Source: an uncultured Alphaproteobacteria bacterium (GTDB lineage: Bacteria; Pseudomonadota; Alphaproteobacteria; Bin95). Taken from it: a stretch of 64,000 bases of DNA. The position numbers were made by a program, and so were the translations under genes. Every line of letters starts with the position of its first letter. Within the stretch, counting starts at the first letter, position 1. This document shows, piece after piece, positions 27,387 through 38,718 of this stretch. The stretch spans positions 6,700-70,699 of the forward strand of contig CALAHN010000081.1 in NCBI GenBank assembly GCA_937891825.1. The letters are read 5' to 3'. Under the pieces are notes generated by a model, which ran no database searches, was not told the origin of the DNA, and was given only the letters and a program-made list of their open reading frames with translations.

Positions 27387-28607
27387 GTGGCGCGCATCGT
27401 TCAAAAATTCGGCGGCACATCGGTGGCCGACCTTGACCGTATCCGGAACGCGGCGCTGCATGTCAAACGCGCCGTGGACGCAGGGCATCAGGTTGCGGTC
27501 GTCGTTTCCGCTATGGCGGGCGAAACCAATCGGCTGGTCGACCTGGTCCGCAAGGCCTCGCCGCTGCATGACGCCCGGGAATATGACGTGATCGTCGCCT
27601 CGGGCGAACAGGTGACATCCGGGCTGATGGCGATCGTGCTGCAGTCCATGGGCATCCCGGCGCGGTCGTTCCTTGGCTGGCAGTTGCCGCTGCGCACGGA
27701 CAATCTGCACAGCCGCGCCCGCATTCTCGAAATCGACGGCGCGGACGCCAGCCGCCGGATGGACGAGGGCGAGGTCATCGTCGTCGCCGGGTTCCAGGGC
27801 GTCAGCCCGAACGGCCGGGTCGCCACCCTGGGCCGGGGCGGTTCGGATACCACGGCGGTCGCGCTCGCCGCGGCGCTGAAGGCGGATCGGTGCGACATTT
27901 ATACCGATGTCGACGGCGTCTATACCTGCGACCCGCGCATCGTGCCGAAGGCCCGCAAGATTGACCGCATCACCTATGAGGAAATGCTGGAGCTCGCCTC
28001 CCAGGGCGCGAAGGTCCTGCAGACCCGGTCGGTCGAGATGGCGATGAACCATGGGGTCACCGTCACAGTTCTGTCGAGTTTCGAAGATAAGCCCGGCACC
28101 ATCGTCGCGGCGGAGATTGAGGACATGGAGCAGGAAGTCGTCACCGGCATCGCCTATGACAGGAACGAAGCCAAGATCACGCTCGCTGGCGTTCCGGACC
28201 GGCCGGGCGTCGCCGCCGCGATTTTCGGGCCGCTGACCCAGTCGGAAATCAACGTCGACATGATCGTCCAGAACGTCTCCGCCGACGGCGTGACGACGGA
28301 CATGACATTCACCGTGACCGAGGCCGATTTCGATCGCGCGCTGGCGCTCCTGGAAAAGCACCGGGCCGACATCAAGTATAGGGAAATCCTGGCGGACAAG
28401 CATGTCGTCAAGATTTCCGTCGTCGGCGTCGGCATGCGCAGCCACGCGGGCGTCGCGCAGACGATGTTCCAGGCTCTGGCCGAGCGCAGCGTCAACATTC
28501 AGGTGATCTCGACCTCCGAGATCAAGGTCAGCGTGCTCATCGGCGAGGATTATCTGGAATTGGCGCTCCGGGCGCTGCACACAGCTTACGGATTGGACGC
28601 GGCATGA
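27387..28607 (+). CDS. lysC: Aspartate kinase (aspartokinase)
   Basis: GTG start 27387 yields (M)ARIVQKFGGTSVADLDRIRN canonical N-terminus; two C-terminal ACT domains. Confidence 0.9.
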   Translation: MARIVQKFGGTSVADLDRIRNAALHVKRAVDAGHQVAVVVSAMAGETNRLVDLVRKASPLHDAREYDVIVASGEQVTSGLMAIVLQSMGIPARSFLGWQLPLRTDNLHSRARILEIDGADASRRMDEGEVIVVAGFQGVSPNGRVATLGRGGSDTTAVALAAALKADRCDIYTDVDGVYTCDPRIVPKARKIDRITYEEMLELASQGAKVLQTRSVEMAMNHGVTVTVLSSFEDKPGTIVAAEIEDMEQEVVTGIAYDRNEAKITLAGVPDRPGVAAAIFGPLTQSEINVDMIVQNVSADGVTTDMTFTVTEADFDRALALLEKHRADIKYREILADKHVVKISVVGVGMRSHAGVAQTMFQALAERSVNIQVISTSEIKVSVLIGEDYLELALRALHTAYGLDAA

Positions 28608-29683
28608 CCGGCATGACCCAGGACGCCGCACGCCGGCGCATTCAGGCGCTTTCCGCCAGGGGGCGCAGCTTGCTCGGCGTCGAGCATGCGATCCTGGGCG
28701 GGGCGATGACCTGGGTCTCGGAACGGTCGCTGGTCGCCGCCATATCGAACGCCGGCGGTTTCGGCGTGCTGGCCTGCGGCTCCATGACGCCCGATCTCTT
28801 GCGCGCCGAAATTCGCGCGACCCAGGCCAGGACCGCGAAGCCCTTCGGCGTCAATCTGATCGTCATGCACTCGGCCCTGATGGACCTGATCGAAGTCTGC
28901 GGCGAGGAAAAGGTCGGCTGCGTCGTACTCGCGGGCGGCATTCCGCCTCGGCTCGCGATGCGGCGGGTCAAGGCGCTCGACGCGACGTTGATCGCTTTCG
29001 CGCCGGCGCTGGGCCTTGCCCGGAAGCTGGTGCGCGACGGCGTCGACGGACTGATTATCGAAGGCGCGGAAGCGGGCGGGCATATCGGTTCGGTCTCGAC
29101 GTCGGTCCTGGCGCAGGAAATCCTGCCGAACGTTCCCGAGGTTCCGGTCTTCGTCGCCGGCGGCATCGGCCGGGGCGAGGCGATGCTGGCGTATCTGGAG
29201 ATGGGCGCGTCGGGCTGCCAGTTGGGCACGAAGTTCGTCTGCGCGACGGAATCCATCGCCCATCCGGCGTTCAAGCAGGCCTTCATTCGCGGCGCCGCCC
29301 GCGACGCCATGCCAAGCGTCCAGGTCGATCCGCGCTTCCCGGTCATTCCTGTCCGGGCCTTGCAGAACGAAGGCCAGAAGCGCTTCATCGAAGCCCAGCA
29401 TGCCGTCATCGCGCGCTGGCGCGCCGGCGAGGTCGATCAGAAGGCGGCGCAGCTTGAGATCGAGCATTTCTGGGCGGGCGCCTTGCGCCGGGCGGTCATT
29501 GACGGCGATGTCGAAACCGGGTCGCTGATGGCGGGCCAGAGCGTCGGCCTGGTCGATGGCGAGCAGCCGACAGCCCAGATCATCGAGACGCTCCTGGATC
29601 AAGCCGCGGCCGCGCTGATCCAGCGGGACGGCGCGAGCGCCATGGACATTGCAGGCGACCTTGGCATGACAGGGGGCGCATAG
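28604..29683 (+). CDS. Nitronate monooxygenase / 2-nitropropane dioxygenase (NMO, FMN TIM barrel) family protein
   Basis: 359 aa; ILGGAMTWVSERSLVAAISNAGGFGVLA...GIIEGAEAGGHIG. Confidence 0.8.
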   Translation: MTGMTQDAARRRIQALSARGRSLLGVEHAILGGAMTWVSERSLVAAISNAGGFGVLACGSMTPDLLRAEIRATQARTAKPFGVNLIVMHSALMDLIEVCGEEKVGCVVLAGGIPPRLAMRRVKALDATLIAFAPALGLARKLVRDGVDGLIIEGAEAGGHIGSVSTSVLAQEILPNVPEVPVFVAGGIGRGEAMLAYLEMGASGCQLGTKFVCATESIAHPAFKQAFIRGAARDAMPSVQVDPRFPVIPVRALQNEGQKRFIEAQHAVIARWRAGEVDQKAAQLEIEHFWAGALRRAVIDGDVETGSLMAGQSVGLVDGEQPTAQIIETLLDQAAAALIQRDGASAMDIAGDLGMTGGA

Positions 29684-29692
29684 CAGGACATC

Positions 29693-31957
29693 ATGCCGAC
29701 AGGGGGCAACCAGGGCTGGCGGCTGATGCTGCGCGCCGTCCGCGACGCGGTCGCGGTCGAGGCGCCTGCCGGCGCGCGGCTCTCGCAGGCGGTGCACGTC
29801 ATCGCCGGCGCGCTCGAGGCCGAAGTCTGCTCGCTCTATCTGCGGCAACGCGACGGCGCGATGGCGCTGGCGGCCACATATGGCTTGCGGCCGGACGCCG
29901 TGTTTCAGACGCGGCTGATGGCGGGCGAAGGGCTGGTCGGGCTCGCGGCCTCCGCGACGGCGCCGGTGCAGATCCATGACGTACAGAAGCACCCGGCCTT
30001 CGCCTATCGCCCCGAAACCGGCGAGGACCCCTACAGCACCTTTCTGGGCGCGCCCTTGCTGCGCGGCGGCGCGGCCTCCGGCGTGCTGGTCATCCAGCAT
30101 CTGCACGACCGGGACTATGTCGAGGACGATATCGAGGCGATCGCGATCGTCGCCTCGCTCCTGGCGGAAGTCGCCGCCGATCCGGAGTTCGCCGCCTTCG
30201 TCGCGGCCGGCCCCGACGGACCGGCGGCCCGGCTGGCGGGACAGCGGCTGTCGCCCGGCCTCGCGATCGGCGTCGCGGCGTTCCGGGACCCGCCGGTGCC
30301 GATCCAGCGCATGGTCGCCGAGGATGTCGGCGAGGAAATCGCCCGACTGGCCCGCGGCGTCGCCCGGATGCGCCAGGACCTGGACGATCTGCTGGACGAC
30401 CCCAGCCTGACATCCGCCGGCGAGCATCGGGATATCCTGGACGCTTTCCGTCTGGCGGCGAGCGACGACGCCTGGATCCGGCGGGTGCGCAGCGCCATCG
30501 AAAGCGGCATGACGGCGGAAGTCGCGGCTCGGCGGGTTCAGACCGAAGCGCGCATCCGCATGCGCCGCACCCAATCGGCATATCTGCGCGACCGGCTGGC
30601 CGATCTGGACGATCTGGCGGGGCGGCTGGTCCGCGGCCTGGCGGCGGAGTCCGGCGTGCGGCCGGGCAACGACCTGCCCGAGAACGCCATCCTGTTCGCC
30701 CATGCGCTTGGGCCGGCGGAACTGCTTGAACTGGACCGCGCCAAGCTGCTCGGCATCGTCATCGAGGAAGGGTCGCCGTCCTCCCATGTCGCGGTCGTGG
30801 CGCGGGCGCTTGGCCTGCCGGTGATCGGCGGCGTCGCCGGCGCGCTATCGGCGGTCCAGCCGGGCGACGCGGTCATTCTGGATGCGGATCACGGGCAGGC
30901 GTTGCTGCGCCCGGCCGCGCAGGTTCAGGCCGGGTTTGAGGCGGCCCTGGTCTCGAGGCTCGCCCGGAAGGCGCGGTTCGCGGCCGCCCCGTCCGGCCCG
31001 ACCTCGACCCGGAATGGCGAGCCGATCATCATCAAGGCGAACGCCGGGCTTCTGATGGACGTCGAGTCCGCGGTCGCCGAAGGCGCGGAAGGCATCGGCC
31101 TGTTTCGCACGGAATTGTCCTTTCTCGGCCGGCCCGGCCTGCCGAGCCGGACCGAGCAGATCGCGCTTTACAAGGAAGCGCGCGCGCTCGCCGGCGGCCG
31201 GTCGATCGCGTTCCGTACGTTCGATCATGGCGGCGACAAGACCCCGGCGGCGCTTGCGGGCGCCCGGGAGGCGAACCCGGCGCTGGGCTGGCGGGCGCTC
31301 CGCATCGCCCTCGACCTGCCCGAGACGCTGCGCAGCCAGCTCTATGCCCTGGCGGTCGCCGCCGCCGGGGAACCGCTGGAAGTGATGTTCCCGATGGCCG
31401 CGGAAGCGGCCGAGGTCGCTCAGGCCAGGGACGTGCTGCGCGGCGCGCTCGAAGAGGCGGCGGCAGACGGATTTTCGCCGCGGAGCGTGCGGGTCGGCGT
31501 CGCGATCGAAACGCCGTCGCTGGTCTGGCAGGGCGCAACCGTGCTCCGGCGGGTCGATTTCGCGACGATCGGCACCAACGATCTGCTGCAGTTCGCCTTC
31601 GCCGCCGACCGGGACGGGGTGCGCATGGTCGAGCGGTATGACTCGTTGTCGCCGCCGGCTCTCGCCATGCTGCGGCATGTTGTCCGCTCGGCCGCGTCGG
31701 CGGACACGCCGCTTTCGGTCTGCGGCGAGATGGCGGCCGATCCGTTGGCGGCGATCGCGCTGATCGGACTTGGCGTCCGCCAGTTGTCGGTCGCGCCGAG
31801 CGCGGTCAAGGCCATTCGGGATGTCGCCGCGAATGTCGATGCCCGGGATGCGGCGCGGCTGACCAACGATTTGATCGATTCGGAGGATCACAGCGTTCGC
31901 GGCCAGGTGCGGGACTTCGCCATAGCGGCCGGGATTCCGGTCGACGACCAGTATTAA
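29693..31957 (+). CDS. ptsP: Phosphoenolpyruvate-protein phosphotransferase PtsP (EI-Ntr; N-terminal GAF + EI domains)
   Basis: 754 aa; GAF region then PEP-utilising enzyme motifs (GSPSSHVAVVARALGLPVIGG, IGTNDLLQF). Confidence 0.9.
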   Translation: MPTGGNQGWRLMLRAVRDAVAVEAPAGARLSQAVHVIAGALEAEVCSLYLRQRDGAMALAATYGLRPDAVFQTRLMAGEGLVGLAASATAPVQIHDVQKHPAFAYRPETGEDPYSTFLGAPLLRGGAASGVLVIQHLHDRDYVEDDIEAIAIVASLLAEVAADPEFAAFVAAGPDGPAARLAGQRLSPGLAIGVAAFRDPPVPIQRMVAEDVGEEIARLARGVARMRQDLDDLLDDPSLTSAGEHRDILDAFRLAASDDAWIRRVRSAIESGMTAEVAARRVQTEARIRMRRTQSAYLRDRLADLDDLAGRLVRGLAAESGVRPGNDLPENAILFAHALGPAELLELDRAKLLGIVIEEGSPSSHVAVVARALGLPVIGGVAGALSAVQPGDAVILDADHGQALLRPAAQVQAGFEAALVSRLARKARFAAAPSGPTSTRNGEPIIIKANAGLLMDVESAVAEGAEGIGLFRTELSFLGRPGLPSRTEQIALYKEARALAGGRSIAFRTFDHGGDKTPAALAGAREANPALGWRALRIALDLPETLRSQLYALAVAAAGEPLEVMFPMAAEAAEVAQARDVLRGALEEAAADGFSPRSVRVGVAIETPSLVWQGATVLRRVDFATIGTNDLLQFAFAADRDGVRMVERYDSLSPPALAMLRHVVRSAASADTPLSVCGEMAADPLAAIALIGLGVRQLSVAPSAVKAIRDVAANVDARDAARLTNDLIDSEDHSVRGQVRDFAIAAGIPVDDQY

Positions 31958-32076
31958 CCCGTTGCCGTCTGCCCGACGCGGCGGTACAAGATGCCCGTGC
32001 ATCAGAGTCGTCGGGGGGCGTTTGGGCAGACGCTTGGGCGTGGCGCTGTAGTTTGGTTTGGATAGGGCTTTGAGCC

Positions 32077-33222
32077 GTGGCGGGTAAAGGCAACCTCAAG
32101 CTTTGGGTTGTGCAAGGGGACGCGAGCTTCGCGGGGCCCAAGTCGTCGCCGCGCCCTGGCGAATCGGTCGGCCTGTTCCTGCGGCTGCTGCGCGAGCGCG
32201 CTGGGCTGACCATCGAGGAAGCCGCGGCCCAGGTCCGCATTCGCCACGCCTATGTCGCCGCGATAGAGGACGATCGCTTCGACGTGCTGCCCGGCCGCGC
32301 CTACGCCATCGGTTTTATCCGAGCCTATGCGGAATTCCTGGGCGCGGATGTCGAAGCGTCGGCCCGTGCGGCGTTGCAGGATATCGGCCGGATTCCGACG
32401 CCGGCCCTGAAGGCGCGGCGCCCGGAAATCGAGCGGGAATCGCGGTTCGCGCCAGTCGCCGCCGCGGCGATCTGCTTGGCGCTTGCGGGCTATGTCTACT
32501 GGTATTTCGAGCAGACCGGCGACCGGTTCGAGAACGCCGCCGCGACCCTGGCGCGTGTCGATGCGCCTAATTTCATTGAAGGCGTCGAGGTTCCAGGCGG
32601 CGCCGCCGCTGTCGCGACCGCGCCCTATCGGCCGTTCCCGGATGCGGCGCCGCCGACGACGCGGTCGGTCCCGGGCGATCCCGCCCTGGCTGCCGCCACC
32701 CCCGACGCCGCCCCCGGATCGGCGCTGCCGCCAGCCCGCGACGGCCGCTATCGCGCCGCCGACGCGCCGCCGCAGCATCTGCTCCACCGGGACGCCCTGG
32801 CGGCCAGCTTGCCGGCGCCGCGTCTGGCCGCGCCCGTCGGCGCGACGCCGCGCTGGTCGATCCCGGCGCCCGGCCCCGCCATGGCGGCGACCAGCATGGA
32901 CCGCATCTCGCCGGGCCATGCCGCCGCCGCGACCGCGCCCGGCGGATACGATCCCGCGCCCGGCCAGGTCGTGCTGACGGCGATCGCCGACACCTGGATT
33001 CAGATCAAATCCGACAAGACCGGCAAGATCCTGTTCTCGCGCGTGTTGCGGGAAGGCGAAGTCCTGCCGTCCCCGGACCGCCAGGGCCTAAGGATGACGG
33101 TCGGCAACGCCGGCGGCCTTGAAATCCGGGTCGATGGCCAGATCGCGCCGTCGCTCGGCGGCCATGGCCGCGTCGTCCGCGACATCAGCCTCGACGGCGA
33201 CAGCTTGATGGCCCATCGCTAG
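32077..33222 (+). CDS. RodZ-like HTH (XRE) domain protein with C-terminal DUF4115
   Basis: GTG start; [37 protein letters not shown]; Pro/Ala-rich linker; C-terminal [31 protein letters not shown]. Confidence 0.7.
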   Translation: MAGKGNLKLWVVQGDASFAGPKSSPRPGESVGLFLRLLRERAGLTIEEAAAQVRIRHAYVAAIEDDRFDVLPGRAYAIGFIRAYAEFLGADVEASARAALQDIGRIPTPALKARRPEIERESRFAPVAAAAICLALAGYVYWYFEQTGDRFENAAATLARVDAPNFIEGVEVPGGAAAVATAPYRPFPDAAPPTTRSVPGDPALAAATPDAAPGSALPPARDGRYRAADAPPQHLLHRDALAASLPAPRLAAPVGATPRWSIPAPGPAMAATSMDRISPGHAAAATAPGGYDPAPGQVVLTAIADTWIQIKSDKTGKILFSRVLREGEVLPSPDRQGLRMTVGNAGGLEIRVDGQIAPSLGGHGRVVRDISLDGDSLMAHR

Positions 33223-33311
33223 CGCCTGACCTTGCAGCCGCCCCTTGGGCCGCTTCCCGTCAGGCGCTATATCAGAAGCCTCATCCCCGGATTCCAAAGG
33301 CGAACCCAGCC

Positions 33312-34448
33312 ATGAGCGTTCGACCCTACCGCGATATTCAGCGCCGCCAATCCCGCCAGATCCACGTCGGCAACGTGCCCGTCGGCGGCGGCGCGCCGAT
33401 CACCGTGCAGACCATGACCAACACCCTGACCAGCGACCCCGGCGCGACGATCGATCAGATCCGCCAGGCGGAAGCGGCAGGCGTCGATATCGTCCGGGTT
33501 TCCTGTCCGGACCAGGAATCGACCGCCGCGTTGAAGGCGATCGTCAAGGCGTCGGCCGTGCCGATCGTCGCCGATATCCACTTCCACTATCGCCGCGCCA
33601 TCGAAGCGGCTGAGGCGGGGGCGGCGTGTCTTCGCATCAATCCGGGCAATATCGGCTCGGCGGCGCGGGTCAAGGAAGTCGTGCAGGCGGCGAAGGATCA
33701 CGGCTGCTCCATGCGGATCGGCGTCAATGCCGGGAGCTTGGAGAAGCACCTGCTGGAACGCTACGGCGAGCCGTGCCCGGAAGCCTTGATCGAAAGCGCG
33801 CTGGAGCATGCCCGTATCCTCGAGGACCATGATTTCCGGGAATTCAAGATCAGCGTCAAAGCGTCCGACGTGTTTTTGGCGGTCGCGGCCTACCAAGGTC
33901 TGGCGGAGGCGTGCGATTACCCGCTGCATCTGGGGATCACGGAAGCCGGGGGCCTGCGCGCAGGCACGGTCAAGAGCGCCATTGGCATGGGCTCGCTGCT
34001 CTGGGCGGGCATCGGCGACACGATCCGGGTTTCGCTTTCGGCGGATCCGGTGGAGGAAGTGAAGGTCGGCTTCGACATGCTGAAGTCGCTTGGCCTCCGC
34101 CATCGCGGCGTCAGCGTGATTTCCTGCCCGTCCTGCGCCCGCCAGCAGTTCGACGTCATCAAGACCGTCACGGTCCTGGAGGAGCGGTTGGCGCATATCA
34201 TGACGCCGATGACGGTCTCAGTGATCGGCTGCGTCGTGAACGGCCCCGGCGAGGCCAGGGAGACCGATATCGGCGTCACCGGCGGCGGCAAGGGCACCCA
34301 CATGGTCTATGTCGCCGGGCTGCCGGACCATCGCATCCATGACGTCAACCTGGTCGATCATCTGGTCGAGCAGATCGAAGCCAAGGCGAAAATCATCGAG
34401 GCCGAACGCGCCGAGGCCGAAGCGGCCGCGCTCTCGGCCGCAGAGTAA
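33312..34448 (+). CDS. ispG: 4-hydroxy-3-methylbut-2-en-1-yl diphosphate synthase (flavodoxin)
   Basis: 378 aa; [29 protein letters not shown]-terminus; [10 protein letters not shown] Fe-S motif. Confidence 0.95.
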   Translation: MSVRPYRDIQRRQSRQIHVGNVPVGGGAPITVQTMTNTLTSDPGATIDQIRQAEAAGVDIVRVSCPDQESTAALKAIVKASAVPIVADIHFHYRRAIEAAEAGAACLRINPGNIGSAARVKEVVQAAKDHGCSMRIGVNAGSLEKHLLERYGEPCPEALIESALEHARILEDHDFREFKISVKASDVFLAVAAYQGLAEACDYPLHLGITEAGGLRAGTVKSAIGMGSLLWAGIGDTIRVSLSADPVEEVKVGFDMLKSLGLRHRGVSVISCPSCARQQFDVIKTVTVLEERLAHIMTPMTVSVIGCVVNGPGEARETDIGVTGGGKGTHMVYVAGLPDHRIHDVNLVDHLVEQIEAKAKIIEAERAEAEAAALSAAE

Positions 34449-34462
34449 GCGAGTTCAAACCG

Positions 34463-35713
34463 ATGTCTGTTCGCCCCGTTCGCGGCACGGTCGACCTTTT
34501 CCCGGAGGATATGCGGCGCCATCGCCGTGTCGCGGAAACGGCGCGCGGCATCGCGGAATGCTATGGCTATGGCGAAATGCAGACGCCGATTTTCGAGTTC
34601 ACGGACGTGTTCGCCCGCACCCTGGGCGATGTCAGCGATGTCGTGACCAAGGAGATGTACACGTTTTCCGACCGGGGCGGCGAGCAGATCACGTTGCGGC
34701 CGGAGAACACTGCCGGCGTCGCCCGCGCCTATATCTCGGCCAAGCTGCAGAACGCCTTGCCGCTGAAATATTTCTACGCCGGTCCGATGTTTCGCTATGA
34801 GCGGCCGCAGAAGGGCCGGCAGCGGCAATTCCACCAGATCGGCGTCGAATTGTTTGGCGTGCCCGGCCCCGCCGGGGATGTCGAGGTGATCGCGCTCGCG
34901 GCGGAAGTGCTGCGCGGGCTGAACATGCTCGATCGGACGACGCTCCGCTTGAACACCCTCGGCGACGCCGCCAGCCGCGACGCCTACCGGGCCGCGCTCG
35001 TCGACTATTTCAGCGGCCACAGGGCGGCGCTGTCGGAGGAAAGCCAGGAACGGCTGTCGCGCAACCCGCTGCGCATCCTCGATTCGAAGGATGCCGACGA
35101 CCGCAAGATCGTCGCCGGCGCGCCCAGTTTCGATGCGTACCTCTCAAGCGAGGCGGCCGATTTCTTCGCCGCCGTTCGCCAGGGCCTGGATGACCTTGGG
35201 ATCGCCTATGAACGCGATCCCTTGCTGGTCCGGGGCCTCGACTATTATTGCCACACGGCGTTTGAATTCGTGACCGAAGCCCTGGGCGCCCAGGGCACGG
35301 TGATCGGCGGCGGCCGCTATGACGGCCTTGTCGGCATCATGGGCGGCCCGGAAACCCCCGGCGTCGGCTGGGCCGGCGGCATCGAACGGCTGGCGATGCT
35401 GGCCGACCAGACCATGCCGCCCGCCGATGCGCCGCGCCCGGTGGCGCTGGCGCCCATCGGCGAAGCGGCGGAGCGGCGCTTGCTGCAACTGGCGTTCGCC
35501 TTGCGGTCGGCCGGCATTCCGACTGACATCGGCTATTCCGGGAACCTGAAGCGCCGCATGGCGCGCGCCGCCAAATTGAATGCGCATACCGCAGTCATTC
35601 TGGGCGACGACGAACTGGCGAAAGGCGTCGCGACGGTCCGCGATATGGCGACGGGCGAGCAGACGGATGTCCCGCTCGACGCATTGGCTGCCCGGCTTGG
35701 CGGCCGCGCATGA
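34463..35713 (+). CDS. hisS: Histidine--tRNA ligase
   Basis: 416 aa; class II motifs ([44 protein letters not shown]). Confidence 0.95.
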   Translation: MSVRPVRGTVDLFPEDMRRHRRVAETARGIAECYGYGEMQTPIFEFTDVFARTLGDVSDVVTKEMYTFSDRGGEQITLRPENTAGVARAYISAKLQNALPLKYFYAGPMFRYERPQKGRQRQFHQIGVELFGVPGPAGDVEVIALAAEVLRGLNMLDRTTLRLNTLGDAASRDAYRAALVDYFSGHRAALSEESQERLSRNPLRILDSKDADDRKIVAGAPSFDAYLSSEAADFFAAVRQGLDDLGIAYERDPLLVRGLDYYCHTAFEFVTEALGAQGTVIGGGRYDGLVGIMGGPETPGVGWAGGIERLAMLADQTMPPADAPRPVALAPIGEAAERRLLQLAFALRSAGIPTDIGYSGNLKRRMARAAKLNAHTAVILGDDELAKGVATVRDMATGEQTDVPLDALAARLGGRA

Positions 35714-36783
35714 GCTTCGATGAGACCCTGCAACAGGTGCTGAGCCGCGTCGAGGAATTGTCGTCGCGGATGTCGAGCGAGCAATTCCAGGCGGACGAAT
35801 TCGCGGACCTCAGCCGCGAATACAGCGAATTGCTGCCGGTCGCCGAGGCGGCGCGCAATCTTCTGGATCTGAAGCAGGAACTGGCGGGCCTCGACGAAAT
35901 TCTGAACGACCCCGAGCCCGACTACGAAATGCGCCGGATGGCGGAAGAGGAACGGGCGGCGCTCAACGACCAGATCCAGGCGGCGTCCCACGCCGTCCGG
36001 ATCGCGTTGCTGCCGAAGGATGTCGACGACGACCGCAACGCCATTCTGGAAGTGCGGCCCGGCACCGGCGGCGACGAAGCCGCGCTTTTCGCCGCTGAGC
36101 TTTTTCGCATGTATCAGCGCTATGCCGAAAGCGTGGGCTGGAAGTTCACGCCGCTCTCCTTCTCGGAAACCGAACTGGGCGGCCTGAAGGAAGGCATCGC
36201 CGAAGTCGGCGGCAAAGGCGTCTTCGCGAAGCTGAAGTTCGAGTCCGGCGGCCACCGGGTGCAGCGCGTGCCGGTCACGGAAACCGGCGGGCGCATCCAC
36301 ACCTCGGCCGCGACCGTCGCGGTTCTGCCGGAGGTGGAGGAAGTCGACGTCCAGATCGACGACAAGGACCTGCGCGTCGATACCTACCGTTCCCAGGGGG
36401 CGGGCGGGCAGCACGTCAACACGACCGATTCCGCCGTCCGCATCACCCATCTGCCGACGGGCATTGTCGTCAGCCAGCAGGATGAGAAGTCCCAGCACAA
36501 GAACCGCGCCAAGGCGATGACGATCCTGCGCGCCCGCATCTATGAAGCCGAGCGCGAGCGCCGCGACGCCGAACGCGCCGAGAACCGCCGCACCCAGGTC
36601 GGTTCCGGCGACCGCTCGGAGCGCGTGCGGACCTACAATTTCCCGCAAGGGCGCGTCACCGACCATCGCATCAACCTGACGCTCTACAAGGTGGATCAGG
36701 TCATCGCCGGCCCGGCGCTCGGCGAAGTGATCGACGCGCTCGTCGAAGAGGATCAGGCGGCGCGTCTCGCCCACATGGAATGA
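35710..36783 (+). CDS. prfA: Peptide chain release factor 1
   Basis: 357 aa; [23 protein letters not shown] (GGQ motif), PAT-type tripeptide region. Confidence 0.95.
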   Translation: MSFDETLQQVLSRVEELSSRMSSEQFQADEFADLSREYSELLPVAEAARNLLDLKQELAGLDEILNDPEPDYEMRRMAEEERAALNDQIQAASHAVRIALLPKDVDDDRNAILEVRPGTGGDEAALFAAELFRMYQRYAESVGWKFTPLSFSETELGGLKEGIAEVGGKGVFAKLKFESGGHRVQRVPVTETGGRIHTSAATVAVLPEVEEVDVQIDDKDLRVDTYRSQGAGGQHVNTTDSAVRITHLPTGIVVSQQDEKSQHKNRAKAMTILRARIYEAERERRDAERAENRRTQVGSGDRSERVRTYNFPQGRVTDHRINLTLYKVDQVIAGPALGEVIDALVEEDQAARLAHME

Positions 36784-37637
36784 GGGACGGGGGAACGGCC
36801 GGCGCCTGGATTGCGCTCGCGGCCGCGCGCCTCAGCGCAAGCGGGGTCGACCGCGCCCGCGCGGAGGCCCGCGCCTTGCTCGCGGCGGCGGCCGGCGTCG
36901 ATCCGGGGCGGTTGTTCGCCTATCCCGAAATGGCGATCGCCGGGGCGAACGCCGCGGCGGCCGACGCCTTGCTGGCGCGCCGGGCCGCGGGCGAGCCCTT
37001 GTCCCGCATTCTGGGCGAGCGGGAATTCTGGAGCCTGCAATTCCGCCTGGGGCCGGACGTGCTCGATCCGCGCGCCGACACGGAAATCGTCGTCGAAGCC
37101 GCGCTTGCGCTGCTGGCGGATCGCAAGGCGCCTCAGGTGCTCGATCTCGGCCTTGGCTCCGGCTGTATTCTGGCGGCGCTCCTGTCGGAGCGGCAGGACG
37201 CCATCGGCGTCGGCGTGGATCGCTCGCTCGGGGCGATCGGCGTGGCGCGCGACAATCTCCGCCGGCTTGGCCTTGCGGGCCGCGCGGCGGTCTTCGTCGG
37301 CGATTGGGGCAGCGCGCTGGCGCCGGGCCTCTTCGACCTGATCGTCGCCAATCCGCCCTACATCGCGGAGACCGACGGACCGGCGCCGGATGCGGCGACA
37401 GAAGGCTTCGATCCGCCGCTGGCGCTATGGGCGGGACCGGACGGGCTCGCCGCCTATCGGCGCATCCTGCCGGACCTGCCGCGCCTGCTGGCGCCCGGCG
37501 GCGCCGCCGTTCTGGAGATCGGCGTCGCCCAGCGCGCGGCGGTCGAGGCGCTTGGCGAGGCGGCGGGCCTGAGGCTCATCGCCAGCCGGGCCGATCTGGC
37601 GGGACATATGCGCGCGCTTGCCTTTCTTGCGAAATAA
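36780..37637 (+). CDS. prmC: Release factor glutamine N5-methyltransferase (HemK/PrmC)
   Basis: 285 aa; overlaps prfA stop; NPPYI motif, SAM GxGxG. Confidence 0.9.
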   Translation: MRDGGTAGAWIALAAARLSASGVDRARAEARALLAAAAGVDPGRLFAYPEMAIAGANAAAADALLARRAAGEPLSRILGEREFWSLQFRLGPDVLDPRADTEIVVEAALALLADRKAPQVLDLGLGSGCILAALLSERQDAIGVGVDRSLGAIGVARDNLRRLGLAGRAAVFVGDWGSALAPGLFDLIVANPPYIAETDGPAPDAATEGFDPPLALWAGPDGLAAYRRILPDLPRLLAPGGAAVLEIGVAQRAAVEALGEAAGLRLIASRADLAGHMRALAFLAK

Positions 37638-37642
37638 ATTGG

Positions 37643-37669
37643 TTGGCAACCTCTTGGATTTAGGTATAT
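37643..37669 (+). promoter_or_regulatory. Candidate sigma70-type promoter in AT-rich island upstream of DUF4167 gene (TTGGCA-N16-TATATC)
   Basis: Only conspicuously AT-rich ~60 bp in the window (ttggcaacctcttggatttaggtatatctatatg); ~150 nt upstream of ATG 37818. Confidence 0.3.
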
Positions 37670-37817
37670 CTATATGTGCGCTGGAATGAGCGGCATCGCC
37701 CCCAGCGCAGTTGATCCAAAGCAGCGACCCATTCAGCCGTAGACGTGATGAAGGCGAGGCGCGGTCGGAAATCTTCGGGTCTAGATCAATCCCGCAACAA
37801 AGGCGGATGCAAACGTC

Positions 37818-38717
37818 ATGAATCAACGACGGCCGCGTGGCCGGAACAACAATAGCAATAATAATAACAATAATAATAACCGAGGGCGCAACCAAAGCCA
37901 ACGGAACCAATCGTTTGACAGCAACGGGCCCGAAGGGCGCGTGCGCGGTTCGGCGACACAGGTGCTTGAGCGCTACCTGGCGCAAGCCCGTGACGCCCAG
38001 GCGGCGGGCGACGGCGTTCTGGCCGAAAACTTCTTCCAGCATGCCGAGCATTACTATCGCGTGTTGAGCGCTGCGAACGCCCAGTTCGAGCAGCAGCAGC
38101 GGGACCGTCAGGGGCCGTATGACGAGCGGGATCGCCGCCCGCCCCGCAACGACGGCGGCGACGACAGCGACGATAATCGCGACGACAATCGCGACGATGG
38201 CTGGCAGGCCGACGACGCGCGCTCCGACGGCCGGAATGACGGCCGCAACGAAGGGCGCGGCGACAATCGCAGCGACAATCGCAATGACGGCCGTTTCGAC
38301 AATCGCGGCGACAGCCGGACCGAAGGCCGCAACGAGCCTCGCAATGACGGGCGTCAGGAAAGCCGGGGCGAAGGCCGCGGCGACAATCGCAACGACATGC
38401 GGGGCGATAATCGCGGCGAGACCCTGGATCACCAACGGGACGCGCAGCGCGACGACGGCGACCGCGACGATGGCGATCGCGCCGCCGGCCAGCAGATGGC
38501 CCACGACAGCGGCGCCGCGCCGGACGAAGCCCCGCCGCGCCCACGGGCGCGCCGCAAGGCCCCGGCGAAGTCCGAAGCTGCGGCGAGCGACGCCGCGCCC
38601 TCCCGCGAGGCTGGCTCCGGCGACGCCGGCGCCGATATCGATGTCGCGTTCCTGAAAGACGCCCCGAAGCCACGCCGCCGTCGCCGGCCGGTCGTCGAAA
38701 CCGAACCGGCTGACTGA
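37818..38717 (+). CDS. DUF4167 domain protein with poly-Asn tract and R/D/N-rich tandem low-complexity repeats
   Basis: 299 aa; MNQRRPRGRNNNSNNNNNNNNRGRNQ...VLERYLAQARDAQAAGDGVLAENFFQHAEHYYRV conserved N-domain, then ~25 iterations of (G/D)RNDGR(N/G)E-type units. Confidence 0.8.
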   Translation: MNQRRPRGRNNNSNNNNNNNNRGRNQSQRNQSFDSNGPEGRVRGSATQVLERYLAQARDAQAAGDGVLAENFFQHAEHYYRVLSAANAQFEQQQRDRQGPYDERDRRPPRNDGGDDSDDNRDDNRDDGWQADDARSDGRNDGRNEGRGDNRSDNRNDGRFDNRGDSRTEGRNEPRNDGRQESRGEGRGDNRNDMRGDNRGETLDHQRDAQRDDGDRDDGDRAAGQQMAHDSGAAPDEAPPRPRARRKAPAKSEAAASDAAPSREAGSGDAGADIDVAFLKDAPKPRRRRRPVVETEPAD

Positions 38718-38718
38718 G

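Noticed and set aside
31958-32076. Nested inverted repeats (gccgtctgccc...gggcagacgc) between ptsP and the RodZ-like gene
   Set aside because: The stems are imperfect with a long loop. It may be a weak terminator, but there is not enough evidence for a discrete feature.
33312-34477. ispG and hisS both begin MSVRP
   Set aside because: The nucleotide sequences differ (atgagcgttcgaccc versus atgtctgttcgcccc). It is a coincidence, not a duplication.
37641-37660. Sigma54-like TGGCAA-N5-TGGAT upstream of the DUF4167 gene
   Set aside because: The -12 element is TTGG, not TTGC, and the spacing is off. A sigma70 TTGGCA-N16-TATATC reading fits better, so it is reported only as a low-confidence promoter.
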